From assembly GCA_964057225.1 (NCBI GenBank), contig CAXKVF010000075.1:558001-622000 (forward strand): a stretch of DNA of 64,000 nucleotides, written 5' to 3'. Positions 10,301-25,000 of this stretch are shown one piece after another. Source of the DNA: Auanema rhodensis (Eukaryota; Animalia; Nematoda). The first letter of the stretch is position 1. The number at the start of each line of letters is the position of its first letter. The notes below the pieces were generated by a model, which saw only the letters and a program-made list of their open reading frames with translations, searched no databases and was not told where the DNA came from. The position numbers and the translations under genes are program-made.

Positions 10301-13300
10301 AGATGCGGTTTTCAAAATTAGATTCCCCATGTCCATATTAGTCTAAAAACTAATTTTTATTGATATTGGTTCATGGTAACCATGACTTTGAAATTTACGT
10401 GAACTTTAATTTATGCTAATTAAATGTACACGTGATGTGCACTTGGTATGTAACTCGCTTCACGTGAAAGATAAAGAGATGCGGTTTTCAAAATTAGATT
10501 CCCCATGTCCATATTAGTCTAAAAACAAATTTTTATTGATATTGGTGCATGGTAACCATGACTTTGAAATTTACGTGAACTTTAAATTATGCTAATTAAA
10601 TGTACACGTGATGTGCACTTGGTATGTAACTCGCTTCACGTGAAAGATAAAAAGATGCGGTTTTCAAAATTAGATTCCCCATGTCCATATTAGTCTAAAA
10701 ACAAATTTTTATTGATATTGGTTCATGGTAACCATGACTTTGAAATTTACGTTAACTTTAATTTATGCTAATTAAATGTACACGTGATGTGCACTTGGTA
10801 TGTAACTCGCTTCACGTGAAAGATAAAGAGATGCGGTTTTCAAAATTGGATTCCCCATGTCCATATTAGTCTAAAAACGAATTTTTATTGATATTGGTGC
10901 ATGGTAACCATGACTTTGAAATTTACGTGAACTTTAAATTATGCTAATTAAATGTACACGTGATGTGCACTTGGTATGTAACTCGCTTCACGTGAAAGAT
11001 AAAAAGATGCGGTTTTCAAAATTAGATTCCCCATGTCCATATTAGTCTAAAAACAAATTTTTATTGATATTGGTGCATGGTAACCATGACTTTGAAATTT
11101 ACGTGAACTTTAATTTATGCTAATTAAATGTACACGTGATGTGCACTTGGTATGTAACTCGCTTCACGTGAAAGATAAAGAGATGCGGTTTTCAAAATTA
11201 GATTCCCCATGTCCATATTAGTCTAAAAACAAATTTTTATTGATATTGGTGCATGGTAACCATGACTTTGAAATTTACGTGAACTTTAAATTATGCTAAT
11301 TAAATGTACACGTGATGTGCACTTGGTATGTAACTCGCTTCACGTGAAAGATAAAAAGATGCGGTTTTCAAAATTAGATTCCCCATGTCCATATTAGTCT
11401 AAAAACAAATTTTTATTGATATTGGTTCATGGTAACCATGACTTTGAAATTTACGTGAACTTTAATTTATGCTAATTAAATGTACACGTGATGTGCACTT
11501 GGTATGTAACTCGCTTCACGTGAAAGATAAAGAGATGCGGTTTTCAAAATTAGATTCCCCATGTCCATATTAGTCTAAAAACAAATTTTTATTGATATTG
11601 GTGCATGGTAACCATGACTTTGAAATTTACGTGAACTTTAAATTATGCTAATTAAATGTACACGTGATGTGCACTTGGTATGTAACTCGCTTCACGTGAA
11701 AGATAAAAAGATGCGGTTTTCAAAATTAGATTCCCCATGTCCATATTAGTCTAAAAACAAATTTTTATTGATATTGGTTCATGGTAACCATGACTTTGAA
11801 ATTTACGTTAACTTTAATTTATGCTAATTAAATGTACACGTGATGTGCACTTGGTATGTAACTCGCTTCACGTGAAAGATAAAGAGATGCGGTTTTCAAA
11901 ATTGGATTCCCCATGTCCATATTAGTCTAAAAACGAATTTTTATTGATATTGGTGCATGGTAACCATGACTTTGAAATTTACGTGAACTTTAAATTATGC
12001 TAATTAAATGTACACGTGATGTGCACTTGGTATGTAACTCGCTTCACGTGAAAGATAAAAAGATGCGGTTTTCAAAATTAGATTCCCCATGTCCATATTA
12101 GTCTAAAAACAAATTTTTATTGATATTGGTGCATGGTAACCATGACTTTGAAATTTACGTGAACTTTAATTTATGCTAATTAAATGTACACGTGATGTGC
12201 ACTTGGTATGTAACTCGCTTCACGTGAAAGATAAAGAGATGCGGTTTTCAAAATTAGATTCCCCATGTCCATATTAGTCTAAAAACAAATTTTTATTGAT
12301 ATTGGTGCATGGTAACCATGACTTTGAAATTTACGTGAACTTTAAATTATGCTAATTAAATGTACACGTGATGTGCACTTGGTATGTAACTCGCTTCACG
12401 TGAAAGATAAAAAGATGCGGTTTTCAAAATTAGATTCCCCATGTCCATATTAGTCTAAAAACAAATTTTTATTGATATTGGTTCATGGTAACCATGACTT
12501 TGAAATTTACGTTAACTTTAATTTATGCTAATTAAATGTACACGTGATGTGCACTTGGTATGTAACTCGCTTCACGTGAAAGATAAAGAGATGCGGTTTT
12601 CAAAATTAGATTCCCCATGTCCATATTAGTCTAAAAACAAATTTTTATTGATATTGGTGCATGGTAACCATGACTTTGAAATTTACGTGAACTTTAAATT
12701 ATGCTAATTAAATGTACACGTGATGTGCACTTGGTATGTAACTCGCTTCACGTGAAAGATAAAAAGATGCGGTTTTCAAAATTAGATTCCCCATGTCCAT
12801 ATTAGTCTAAAAACAAATTTTTATTGATATTGGTTCATGGTAACCATGACTTTGAAATTTACGTGAACTTTAATTTATGCTAATTAAATGTACACGTGAT
12901 GTGCACTTGGTATGTAACTCGCTTCACGCGAAAGATAAAGAGATGCGGTTTTCAAAATTAGATTCCCCATGTCCATATTAGTCTAAAAACAAATTTTAAT
13001 TGATATTGGTTCATGGTAACCATGACTTTGAAATTTACGTGAACTTTAATTTATGCTATTTAAATGTACACGTGATGTGCACTTGGTATGTAACTCGCTT
13101 CACGTGAAAGATAAAGAGATGCGGTTTTCAAAATTAGATTCCCCATGTCCATATTAGTCTAAAAACATTTTTTTATTGATATTGGTGCATGGTAACCATG
13201 ACTTTGAAATTTACGTGAACTTTAATTTATGCTAATTAAATGTACACGTGATGTGCACTTGGTATGTAACTCGCTTCACGTGAAAGATAAAGAGATGCGG

Positions 13301-16010
13301 TTTTCAAAATTAGATTCCCCATGTCCATATTAGTCTAAAAACAAATTTTTATTGATATTGCTTCATGGTAACCATGACTTTGAAATTTACGTGAACTTTA
13401 ATTTATGCTAATTAAATGTACACGTGATGTGCACTTGGTATGTAACTCGCTTCACGTGAAAGATAAAAAGATGCGGTTTACAAAATTAGATTCCCCATGT
13501 CCATATTAGTCTAAAAACAAATTTTTATTGATATTGGTTCATGGTAACCATGACTTTGAAATTTACGTTAACTTTAATTTATGCTAATTAAATGTACACG
13601 TGATGTGCACTTGGTATGTAACTCGCTTCACGTGAAAGATAAAGAGATGCGGTTTTCAAAATTAGATTCCCCATGTCCATATTAGTCAAAAAACAAATTT
13701 TTATTGATATTGGTGCATGGTAACCATGACTTTGAAATTTACGTGAACTTTAAATTATGCTAATTAAATGTACACGTGATGTGCACTTGGTATGTAACTC
13801 GCTTCACGTGAAAGATAAAAAGATGCGGTTTTCAAAATTAGATTCCCCATGTCCATATTAGTCTAAAAACAAATTTTTATTGATATTGGTTCATGGTAAC
13901 CATGACTTTGAAATTTACGTTAACTTTAATTTATGCTAATTAAATGTACACGTGATGTGCACTTGGTATGTAACTCGCTTCACGTAAAAGATAAAGAGAT
14001 GCGGTTTTCAAAATTGGATTCCCCATGTCCATATTAGTCTAAAAACAAATTTTTATTGATATTGGTGCATGGTAACCATGACTTTGAAATTTACGTGAAC
14101 TTTAATTTATGCTAATTAAATGTACACGTGATGTGCACTTGGTATGTAACTCGCTTCACGTGAAAGATAAAGAGATGCGGTTTTCAAAATTAGATTCCCC
14201 ATGTCCATATTAGTCTAAAAACAAATTTTTATTGATATTGGTTCATGGTAACCATGACTTTGAAATTTACGTGAACTTTAATTTATGCTAATTAAATGTA
14301 CACGTGATGTGCACTTGGTATGTAACTCGCTTCACGTGAAAGATAAAGAGATGCGGTTTTCAAAATTAGATTCCCCGTGTCCATATTAGTCGAAAAACAA
14401 ATTTTTATTGATATTGCTTCATGGTAACCATGACTTTGAAATTTACGTGAACTTTAATTTATGCTAATTAAATGTACACGTGATGTGCACTTGGTATGTA
14501 ACTCGCTTCACGTGAAAGATAAAGAGATGCGGTTTTCAAAATTAGATTCCCCATGTCCATATTAGTCTAAAAACAAATTTTTATTGATATTGCTTCATGG
14601 TAACCATGACTTTGAAATTTACGTGAACTTTAATTTATGCTAATTAAATGTACACGTGATGTGCACTTGGTATGTAACTCGCTTCACGTGAAAGATAAAG
14701 AGATGCGGTTTCCAAAATTAGATTCCCCATGTCCATATTAGTCTAAAAACAAATTTTTATTGATATTGGTTCATGGTAACCATGACTTTGAAATTTACGT
14801 TAACTTTAATTCATGCTAATTAAATGTACACGTGATGTGCACTTGGTATGTAACTCGCTTCACGTGAAAGATAAAGAGATGCGGTTTTCAAAATTAGATT
14901 CCCCATGTCCATATTAGTCTAAAAACAAATTTTTATTGATATTGGTGCATGGTAACCATGACTTTGAAATTTACGTGAACTTTAAATTATGCTAATTAAA
15001 TGTACACGTGATGTGCACTTGGTATGTAACTCGCTTCACGTGAAAGATAAAAAGATGCGGTTTTCAAAATTAGATTCCCGATGTCCATATTAGTCTAAAA
15101 ACAAATTTTTATTGATATTGGTTCATGGTAACCATGACTTTGAAATTTACGTGAACTTTAATTTATGCTAATTAAATGTACACGTGATGTGCACTTGGTA
15201 TGTAACTCGCTTCACGTGAAAGATAAAGAGATGCGGTTTTCAAAATTAGGTTCCCCATGTCCATATTAGTCTAAAAACAAATTTTTATTGATATTGGTGC
15301 ATGGTAACCATGACTTTGAAATTTACGTGAACTTTAATTTATGCTAATTAAATGTACACGTGATGTGCACTTGGTATGTAACTCGCTTCACGTGAAAGAT
15401 AAAGAGATGCGGTTTTCAAAATTAGATTCCCCATGTCCATATTAGTCTAAAAACTAATTTTTATTGATATTGGTTCATGGTAACCATGACTTTGAAATTT
15501 ACGTGAACTTTAATTTATGCTAATTAAATGTACACGTGATGTGCACTTGGTATGTAACTCGCTTCACGTGAAAGATAAAGAGATGCGGTTTTCAAAATTA
15601 GATTCCCCATGTCCATATTAGTCTAAAAACAAATTTTTATTGATATTGGTGCATGGTAACCATGACTTTGAAATTTACGTGAACTTTAAATTATGCTAAT
15701 TAAATGTACACGTGATGTGCACTTGGTATGTAACTCGCTTCACGTGAAAGATAAAAAGATGCGGTTTTCAAAATTAGATTCCCCATGTCCATATTAGTCT
15801 AAAAACAAATTTTTATTGATATTGGTTCATGGTAACCATGACTTTGAAATTTACGTTAACTTTAATTTATGCTAATTAAATGTACACGTGATGTGCACTT
15901 GGTATGTAACTCGCTTCACGTGAAAGATAAAGAGATGCGGTTTTCAAAATTGGATTCCCCATGTCCATATTAGTCTAAAAACGAATTTTTATTGATATTG
16001 GTGCATGGTA
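7387..16010 (+). repeat. Higher-order duplication: ~20-monomer block 7387-10906 repeated at 12491-16010 (offset 5104 = 29 monomers)
   Basis: Rare variants are paired at 8376/13480, 8584/13688, 9273/14377, 9608/14712, 9976/15080 and 10351/15455. Confidence 0.9.
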
Positions 16011-19000
16011 ACCATGACTTTGAAATTTACGTGAACTTTAATTTATGCTAATTAAATGTACACGTGATGTGCACTTGGTATGTAACTCGCTTCACGTGAA
16101 AGATAAAGAGATGCGGTTTTCAAAATTAGATTCCCCATGTCCATATTAGTCTAAAAACAAATTTTTATTGATATTGGTTCATGGTAACCATTACTTTGAA
16201 ATTTACGTGAACTTTAATTTATGCTAATTAAATGTACACGTGATGTGCACTTGGTATGTAACTCGCTTCACGTGAAAGATAAAGAGATGCGGTTTTCAAA
16301 ATTAGATTCCCCATGTCCATATTAGTCTAAAAACAAATTTTTATTGATATTGGTGCATGGTAACCATGACTTTGAAATTTACGTGAACTTTAATTTATGC
16401 TAATTAAATGTACACGTGATGTGCACTTGGTATGTAACTCGCTTCACGTGAAAGATAAAGAGATGCGGTTTTCAAAATTAGATTCCCCATGTCCATATTA
16501 GTCTAAAAACAAATTTTTATTGATATTGGTGCATGGTAACCATGACTTTGAAATTTACGTGAACTTTAAATTATGCTAATTAAATGTACACGTGATGTGC
16601 ACTTGGTATGTAACTCGCTTCACGTGAAAGATAAAAAGATGCGGTTTTCAAAATTAGATTCCCCATGTCCATATTAGTCTAAAAACAAATTTTTATTGAT
16701 ATTGGTTCATGGTAACCATGACTTTGAAATTTACGTTAACTTTAATTTATGCTAATTAAATGTACACGTGATGTGCACTTGGTATGTAACTCGCTTCACG
16801 TGAAAGATAAAGAGATGCGGTTTTCAAAATTGGATTCCCCATGTCCATATTAGTCTAAAAACAAATTTTTATTGATATTGGTGCATGGTAACCATGACTT
16901 TGAAATTTACGTGAACTTTAATTTATGCTAATTAAATGTACACGTGATGTGCACTTGGTATGTAACTCGCTTCACGTGAAAGATGAAGAGATGCGGTTTT
17001 CAAAATTAGATTCCCCATGTCCATATTAGTCTAAAAACAAATTTTTATTGATATTGGTTCATGGTAACCATTACTTTGAAATTTACGTGAACTTTAATTT
17101 ATGCTAATTAAATGTACACGTGATGTGCACTTGGTATGTAACTCGCTTCACGTGAAAGATAAAGAGATGCGGTTTTCAAAATTAGATTCCCCATGTCCAT
17201 ATTAGTCTAAAAACAAATTTTTATTGATATTGGTGCATGGTAACCATGACTTTGAAATTTACGTGAACTTTAATTTATGCTAATTAAATGTACACGTGAT
17301 GTGCACTTGGTATGTAACTCGCTTCACGTGAAAGATAAAGAGATGCGGTTTTCAAAATTAGATTCCCCATGTCCATATTAGTCTAAAAACAAATTTTTAT
17401 TGATATTGGTGCATGGTAACCATGACTTTGAAATTTACGTGAACTTTAATTTATGCTAATTAAATGTACACGTGATGTGCACTTGGTATGTAACTCGCTT
17501 CACGTGAAAGATAAAGAGATGCGGTTTTCAAAATTAGATTCCCCATGTCCATATTAGTCTAAAAACAAATTTTTATTGATTTTGGTGCATGGTAACCATG
17601 ACTTTGAAATTTACGTGAACTTTAATTTATGCTAATTAAATGTACACGTGATGTGCACTTGGTATGTAACTCGCTTCACGTGAAAGATGAAGAGATGCGG
17701 TTTTCAAAATTAGATTCCCCATGTCCATATTAGTCTAAAAACAAATTTTTATTGATATTGGTGCATGGTAACCATGACTTTGAAATTTACGTGAACTTTA
17801 ATTTATACTAATTAAATGTACACGTGATGTGCACTTGGTATGTAACTCGCTTCACGTGAAAGATGAAGAGATGCGGTTTTCAAAATTAGATTCCACATGT
17901 CCATATTAGTCTAAAAACAAATTTTTATTGATATTGGTGCATGGTAACCATGACTTTGAAATTTACGTGAACTTTAATTTATGCTAATTAAATGTACACG
18001 TGATGTGCACTTGGTATGTAACTCGCTTCACGTGAAAGATAAAGAGATGCGGTTTTCAAAATTAGATTCCCCATGTCCATATTAGTCTAAAAACAAATTT
18101 TTTATGATATTGGTGCATGGTAACCATGACTTTGAAATTTACGTGAACTTTAATTTATGCTAATTAAATGTACACGTGATGTGCACTTGGTATGTAACTC
18201 GCTTCACGTGAAAGATAAAGAGATGCGGTTTTCAAAATTAGGTTCCCCATGTCCATATTAGTCTAAAAACAAATTTTTATCGATATTGCTTCATGGTAAC
18301 CATGACTTTGAAATTTACGTGAACTTTAATTTATGCTAATTAAATGTACACGTGATGTGCACTTGGTATGTAACTCGCTTCACGTGAAAGATAAAGAGAT
18401 GCGGTTTTCAAAATTAGATTCCCCATGTCCATATTAGTCTAAAAACAAATTTTTATTGATATTGGTGCATGGTAACCATGACTTTGAAATTTACGTGAAC
18501 TTTAATTTATACTAATTAAATGTACACGTGATGTGCACTTGGTATGTAACTTGCTTCACGTGAAAGATAAAGTGATGCGGTTTCCAAAATTAGATTCCCC
18601 ATGTCCATATTAGTCTAAAAACAAATTTTTATTGATATTGGTTCATGGTAACCATGACTTTGAAATTTACGTGAACTTTAATTTATGCTAATTAAATGTA
18701 CACGTGATGTGCACTTGGTATGTAACTCGCTTCACGTGAAAGATAAAGAGATGCGGTTTTCAAAATTTGATTCCGCATGTCCATATTAGTCTAAAAACAA
18801 ATTTTTATTGATATTGGTTCATGGTAACCATGACTTTGAAATTTACGTGAACTTTAATTTATGCTAATTAAATGTACACGTGATGTACACTTGGTATGTA
18901 ACTCGCTTCACGTGAAAGATAAAGAGATGCGGTTTTCAAAATTAGGTTCCCCATGTCCATATTAGTCTAAAAACAAATTTTTATTGATATTGGTTCATGG

Positions 19001-22000
19001 TAACCATGACTTTGAAATTTACGTGAACTTTAATTTATGCTAATTAAATGTACACGTGATGTGCACTTGGTATGTAACTCGCTTCACGTGAAAGATAAAG
19101 AGATGCGGTTTTCAAAATTAGATTCCCCATGTCCATATTAGTCTAAAAACAAATTTTTATTGATATTGCTTCATGGTAACCATGACTTTGAAATTTACGT
19201 GAACTTTAATTTATGCTAATTAAATGTACACGTGATGTGTACTTGGTATGTAACTCGCTTCACGTGAAAGATAAAGAGATGCGGTTTTCAAAATTAGATT
19301 CCCCATGTCCATATTAGTCTAAAAACAATTTTTTATTGATATTGGTTCATGGTAACCATGACTTTGAAATTTACGTGAACTTTAATTTATGCTTATTAAA
19401 TGTACACGTGATGTGCACTTGGTATGTAACTCGCTTCACGTGAAAGATAAAGAGATGCGGTTTTCAAAATTAGATTCCCCATGTCCATATTAGTCTAAAA
19501 ACAAATTTTTATCGATATTGCTTCATGGTAACCATGACTTTGAAATTTACGTGAACTTTAATTTATGCTAATTAAATGTACACGTGATGTGCACTTGGTA
19601 TGTAACTCGCTTCACGTGAAAGATAAAGAGATGCGGTTTTCAAAATTAGATTCCCCATGTCCATATTAGTCTAAAAACAAATTTTTATTGATATTGGTGC
19701 ATGGTAACCATGACTTTGAAATTTACGTGAACTTTAATTTATACTAATTAAATGTACACGTGATGTGCACTTGGTATGTAACTTGCTTCACGTGAAAGAT
19801 AAAGTGATGCGGTTTTCAAAATTAGATTCCCCATGTCCATATTAGTCTAAAAACAAATTTTTATTGATATTGGTTCATGGTAACCATGACTTTGAAATTT
19901 ACGTGAACTTTAATTTATGCTAATTAAATGTACACGTGATGTGCACTTGGTATGTAACTCGCTTCACGTGAAAGATAAAGAGATGCGGTTTTCAAAATTT
20001 GATTCCCCATGTCCATATTAGTCTAAAAACAAATTTTTATTGATATTGGTTCATGGTAACCATGACTTTGAAATTTACGTGAACTTTAATTTATGCTAAT
20101 TAAATGTACACGTGATGTACACTTGGTATGTAACTCGCTTCACGTGAAAGATAAAGAGATGCGGTTTTCAAAATTAGATTCCCCATGTCCATATTAGTCT
20201 AAAAACAAATTTTTATTGATATTGGTGCATGGTAACCATGACTTTGAAATTTACGTGAACTTTAATTTATGCTAATTAAATGTACACGTGATGTGCACTT
20301 GGTATGTAACTAGCTTCACGTGAAAGATAAAGAGATGCGGTTTTCAAAATTAGATTCCCCATGTACATATTAGTCTAAAAACAAATTTTTATTGATATTG
20401 GTTCATGGTAACCATGACTTTGAAATTTACGTGAACTTTAATTTATGCTAATTAAATGTACACGTGATGTGCACTTGGTATGTAACTCGCTTCACGTGAA
20501 AGATAAAGAGATGCGGTTTTCAACATTAGATTCCCCATGTCCATATTAGTCTAAAAACAAATTTTTATTGATATTGGTGCATGGTAACCATTACTTTGAA
20601 ATTTACGTGAACTTTAATTTATGCTAATTAAATGTACACGTGATGTGCACTTGGTATGTAACTCGCTTCACGTGAAAGATAAAGAGATGCGGTTTTCAAA
20701 ATTAGATTCCCCATGTCCATATTAGTCTAAAAACAAATTTTTATTGATATTGGTGCATGGTAACCATGACTTTGAAATTTACGTGAACTTTAATTTATGC
20801 TAATTAAATGTACACGTGATGTGCACTTGGTATGTAACTCGCTTCACGTGAAAGATAAAGAGATGCGGTTTTCAAAATTAGATTCCCCATGTCCATTTCA
20901 GTCTAAAAACAAATTTTTATTGATATTGGTGCATGGTAACCATGACTTTGAAATTTACGTGAACTTTAATTTATGCTAATTAAATGTACACGTGATGTGC
21001 ACTTGGTATGTAACTCGCTTCACGTGAAAGATAAAGAGATGCGGTTTTCAAAATTAGATTCCCCATGTCCATATTAGTCTAAAAACAAATTTTTATTGAT
21101 ATTGGTGCATGGTAACCATGACTTTGAAATTTACGTGAACTTTAGTTTATGCTAATTAAATGTACACGTGATGTGCACTTGGTATGTAACTCGCTTCACG
21201 TGAAAGATAAAGAGATGCGGTTTTCAAAATTAGATTCCCCATGTCCATTTTAGTCTAAAAACAAATTTTTATTGATATTGGTGCATGGTAACCATGACTT
21301 TGAAATTTACGTGAACTTTAAATTATGCTAATTAAATGTACACGTGATGTGCACTTGGTATGTAACTCGCTTCACGTGAAAGATAAAAAGATGCGGTTTT
21401 CAAAATTAGATTCCCCATGTCCATATTAGTCTTAAAACAAATTTTTATTGATATTGGTTCATGGTAACCATGACTTTGAAATTTACGTTAACTTTAATTT
21501 ATGCTAATTAAATGTACACGTGATGTGCACTTGGTATGTAACTCGCTTCACGTGAAAGATAAAGAGATGCGGTTTTCAAAATTGGATTCCCCATGTCCAT
21601 ATTAGTCTAAAAACAAATTTTTATTGATATTGGTGCATGGTAACCATGACTTTGAAATTTACGTGAACTTTAATTTATGCTAATTAAATGTACACGTGAT
21701 GTGCACTTGGTATGTAACTCGCTTCACGTGAAAGATAAAGAGATGCGGTTTTCAAAATTAGATTCCCCATGTCCATATTAGTCTAAAAACAAATTTTTAT
21801 TGATATTGGTGCATGGTAACCATGACTTTGAAATTTACGTGAACTTTAAATTATGCTAATTAAATGTACACGTGATGTGCACTTGGTATGTAACTCGCTT
21901 CACGTGAAAGATAAAAAGATGCGGTTTTCAAAATTAGATTCCCCATGTCCATATTAGTCTAAAAACAAATTTTTATTGATATTGGTTCATGGTAACCATG

Positions 22001-25000
22001 ACTTTGAAATTTACGTTAACTTTAATTTATGCTAATTAAATGTACACGTGATGTGCACTTGGTATGTAACTCGCTTCACGTGAAAGATAAAGAGATGCGG
22101 TTTTCAAAATTGGATTCCCCATGTCCATATTAGTCTAAAAACAAATTTTTATTGATATTGGTTCATGGTAACCATGACTTTGAAATTTACGTGAACTTTA
22201 ATTTATGCTAATTAAATGTACACGTGATGTGCACTTGGTATGTAACTCGCTTCACGTGAAAGATAAAGAGATGCGGTTTTCAAAATTAGATTCCCCATGT
22301 CCATATTAGTCTAAAAACAAATTTTTATTGATATTGGTTCATGGTAACCATTACTTTGAAATTTACGTGAACTTTAATTTATGCTAATTAAATGTACACG
22401 TGATGTGCACTTGGTATGTAACTCGCTTCACGTGAAAGATAAAGAGATGCGGTTTTCAAAATTAGATTCCCCATGTCCATATTAGTCTAAAAACAAATTT
22501 TTATTGATATTGGTGCATGGTAACCATGACTTTGAAATTTACGTGAACTTTAATTTATGCTAATTAAATGTACACGTGATGTGCACTTGGTATGTAACTC
22601 GCTTCACGTGAAAGATAAAGAGATGCGGTTTTCAAAATTAGATTCCCCATGTCCATATTAGTCTAAAAACAAATTTTTATTGATATTGGTTCATGGTAAC
22701 CATTACTTTGAAATTTACGTGAACTTTAATTTATGCTAATTAAATGTACACGTGATGTGCACTTGGTATGTAACTCGCTTCACGTGAAAGATAAAGAGAT
22801 GCGGTTTTCAAAATTAGATTCCCCATGTCCATATTAGTCTAAAAACAAATTTTTATTGATATTGGTGCATGGTAACCATGACTTTGAAATTTACGTGAAC
22901 TTTAATTTATGCTAATTAAATGTACACGTGATGTGCACTTGGTATGTAACTCGCTTCACGTGAAAGATAAAGAGATGCGGTTTTCAAAATTAGATTCCCC
23001 ATGTCCATATTAGTCTAAAAACAAATTTTTATTGATATTGGTTCATGGTAACCATTACTTTGAAATTTACGTGAACTTTAATTTATGCTAATTAAATGTA
23101 CACGTGATGTGCACTTGGTATGTAACTCGCTTCACGTGAAAGATAAAGAGATGCGGTTTTCAAAATTAGATTCCCCATGTCCATATTAGTCTAAAAACAA
23201 ATTTTTATTGATATTGGTGCATGGTAACCATGACTTTGAAATTTACGTGAACTTTAATTTATGCTAATTAAATGTACACGTGATGTGCACTTGGTATGTA
23301 ACTCGCTTCACGTGAAAGATAAAGAGATGCGGTTTTCAAAATTAGATTCCCCATGTCCATATTAGTCTAAAAACAAATTTTTATTGATATTGGTGCATGG
23401 TAACCATGACTTTGAAATTTACGTGAACTTTAATTTATGCTAATTAAATGTACACGTGATGTGCACTTGGTATGTAACTCGCTTCACGTGAAAGATAAAG
23501 AGATGCGGTTTTCAAAATTAGGTTCCCCATGTCCATATTAGTCTAAAAACAAATTTTTATTGATATTGGTTCATGGTAACCATGACTTTGAAATTTACGT
23601 GAACTTTAATTTATGCTAATTAAATGTACACGTGATGTGCACTTGGTATGTAACTCGCTTCACGTGAAAGATAAAGAGATGCGGTTTTCAAAATTAGATT
23701 CCCCATGTCCATATTAGTCTAAAAACAAATTTTTATTGATATTGCTTCATGGTAACCATGACTTTGAAATTTACGTGAACTTTAATTTATGCTAATTAAA
23801 TGTACACGTGATGTGTACTTGGTATGTAACTCGCTTCACGTGAAAGATAAAGAGATGCGGTTTTCAAAATTAGATTCCCCATGTCCATATTAGTCTAAAA
23901 ACAATTTTTTATTGATATTGGTTCATGGTAACCATGACTTTGAAATTTACGTGAACTTTAATTTATGCTTATTAAATGTACACGTGATGTGCACTTGGTA
24001 TGTAACTCGCTTCACGTGAAAGATAAAGAGATGCGGTTTTCAAAATTAGATTCCCCATGTCCATATTAGTCTAAAAACAAATTTTTATCGATATTGCTTC
24101 ATGGTAACCATGACTTTGAAATTTACGTGAACTTTAAATTATGCTAATTAAATGTACACGTGATGTGCACTTGGTATGTAACTCGCTTCACGTGAAAGAT
24201 AAAAAGATGCGGTTTTCAAAATTAGATTCCCCATGTCCATATTAGTCTAAAAACAAATTTTTATTGATATTGGTTCATGGTAACCATGACTTTGAAATTT
24301 ACGTTAACTTTAATTTATGCTAATTAAATGTACACGTGATGTGCACTTGGTATGTAACTCGCTTCACGTGAAAGATAAAGAGATGCGGTTTTCAAAATTG
24401 GATTCCCCATGTCCATATTAGTCTAAAAACAAATTTTTATTGATATTGGTTCATGGTAACCATGACTTTGAAATTTACGTGAACTTTAATTTATGCTAAT
24501 TAAATGTACACGTGATGTGCACTTGGTATGTAACTCGCTTCACGTGAAAGATAAAGAGATGCGGTTTTCAAAATTAGATTCCCCATGTCCATATTAGTCT
24601 AAAAACAAATTTTTATTGATATTGGTTCATGGTAACCATTACTTTGAAATTTACGTGAACTTTAATTTATGCTAATTAAATGTACACGTGATGTGCACTT
24701 GGTATGTAACTCGCTTCACGTGAAAGATAAAGAGATGCGGTTTTCAAAATTAGATTCCCCATGTCCATATTAGTCTAAAAACAAATTTTTATTGATATTG
24801 GTGCATGGTAACCATGACTTTGAAATTTACGTGAACTTTAATTTATGCTAATTAAATGTACACGTGATGTGCACTTGGTATGTAACTCGCTTCACGTGAA
24901 AGATAAAGAGATGCGGTTTTCAAAATTAGATTCCCCATGTCCATATTAGTCTAAAAACAAATTTTTATTGATATTGGTTCATGGTAACCATTACTTTGAA

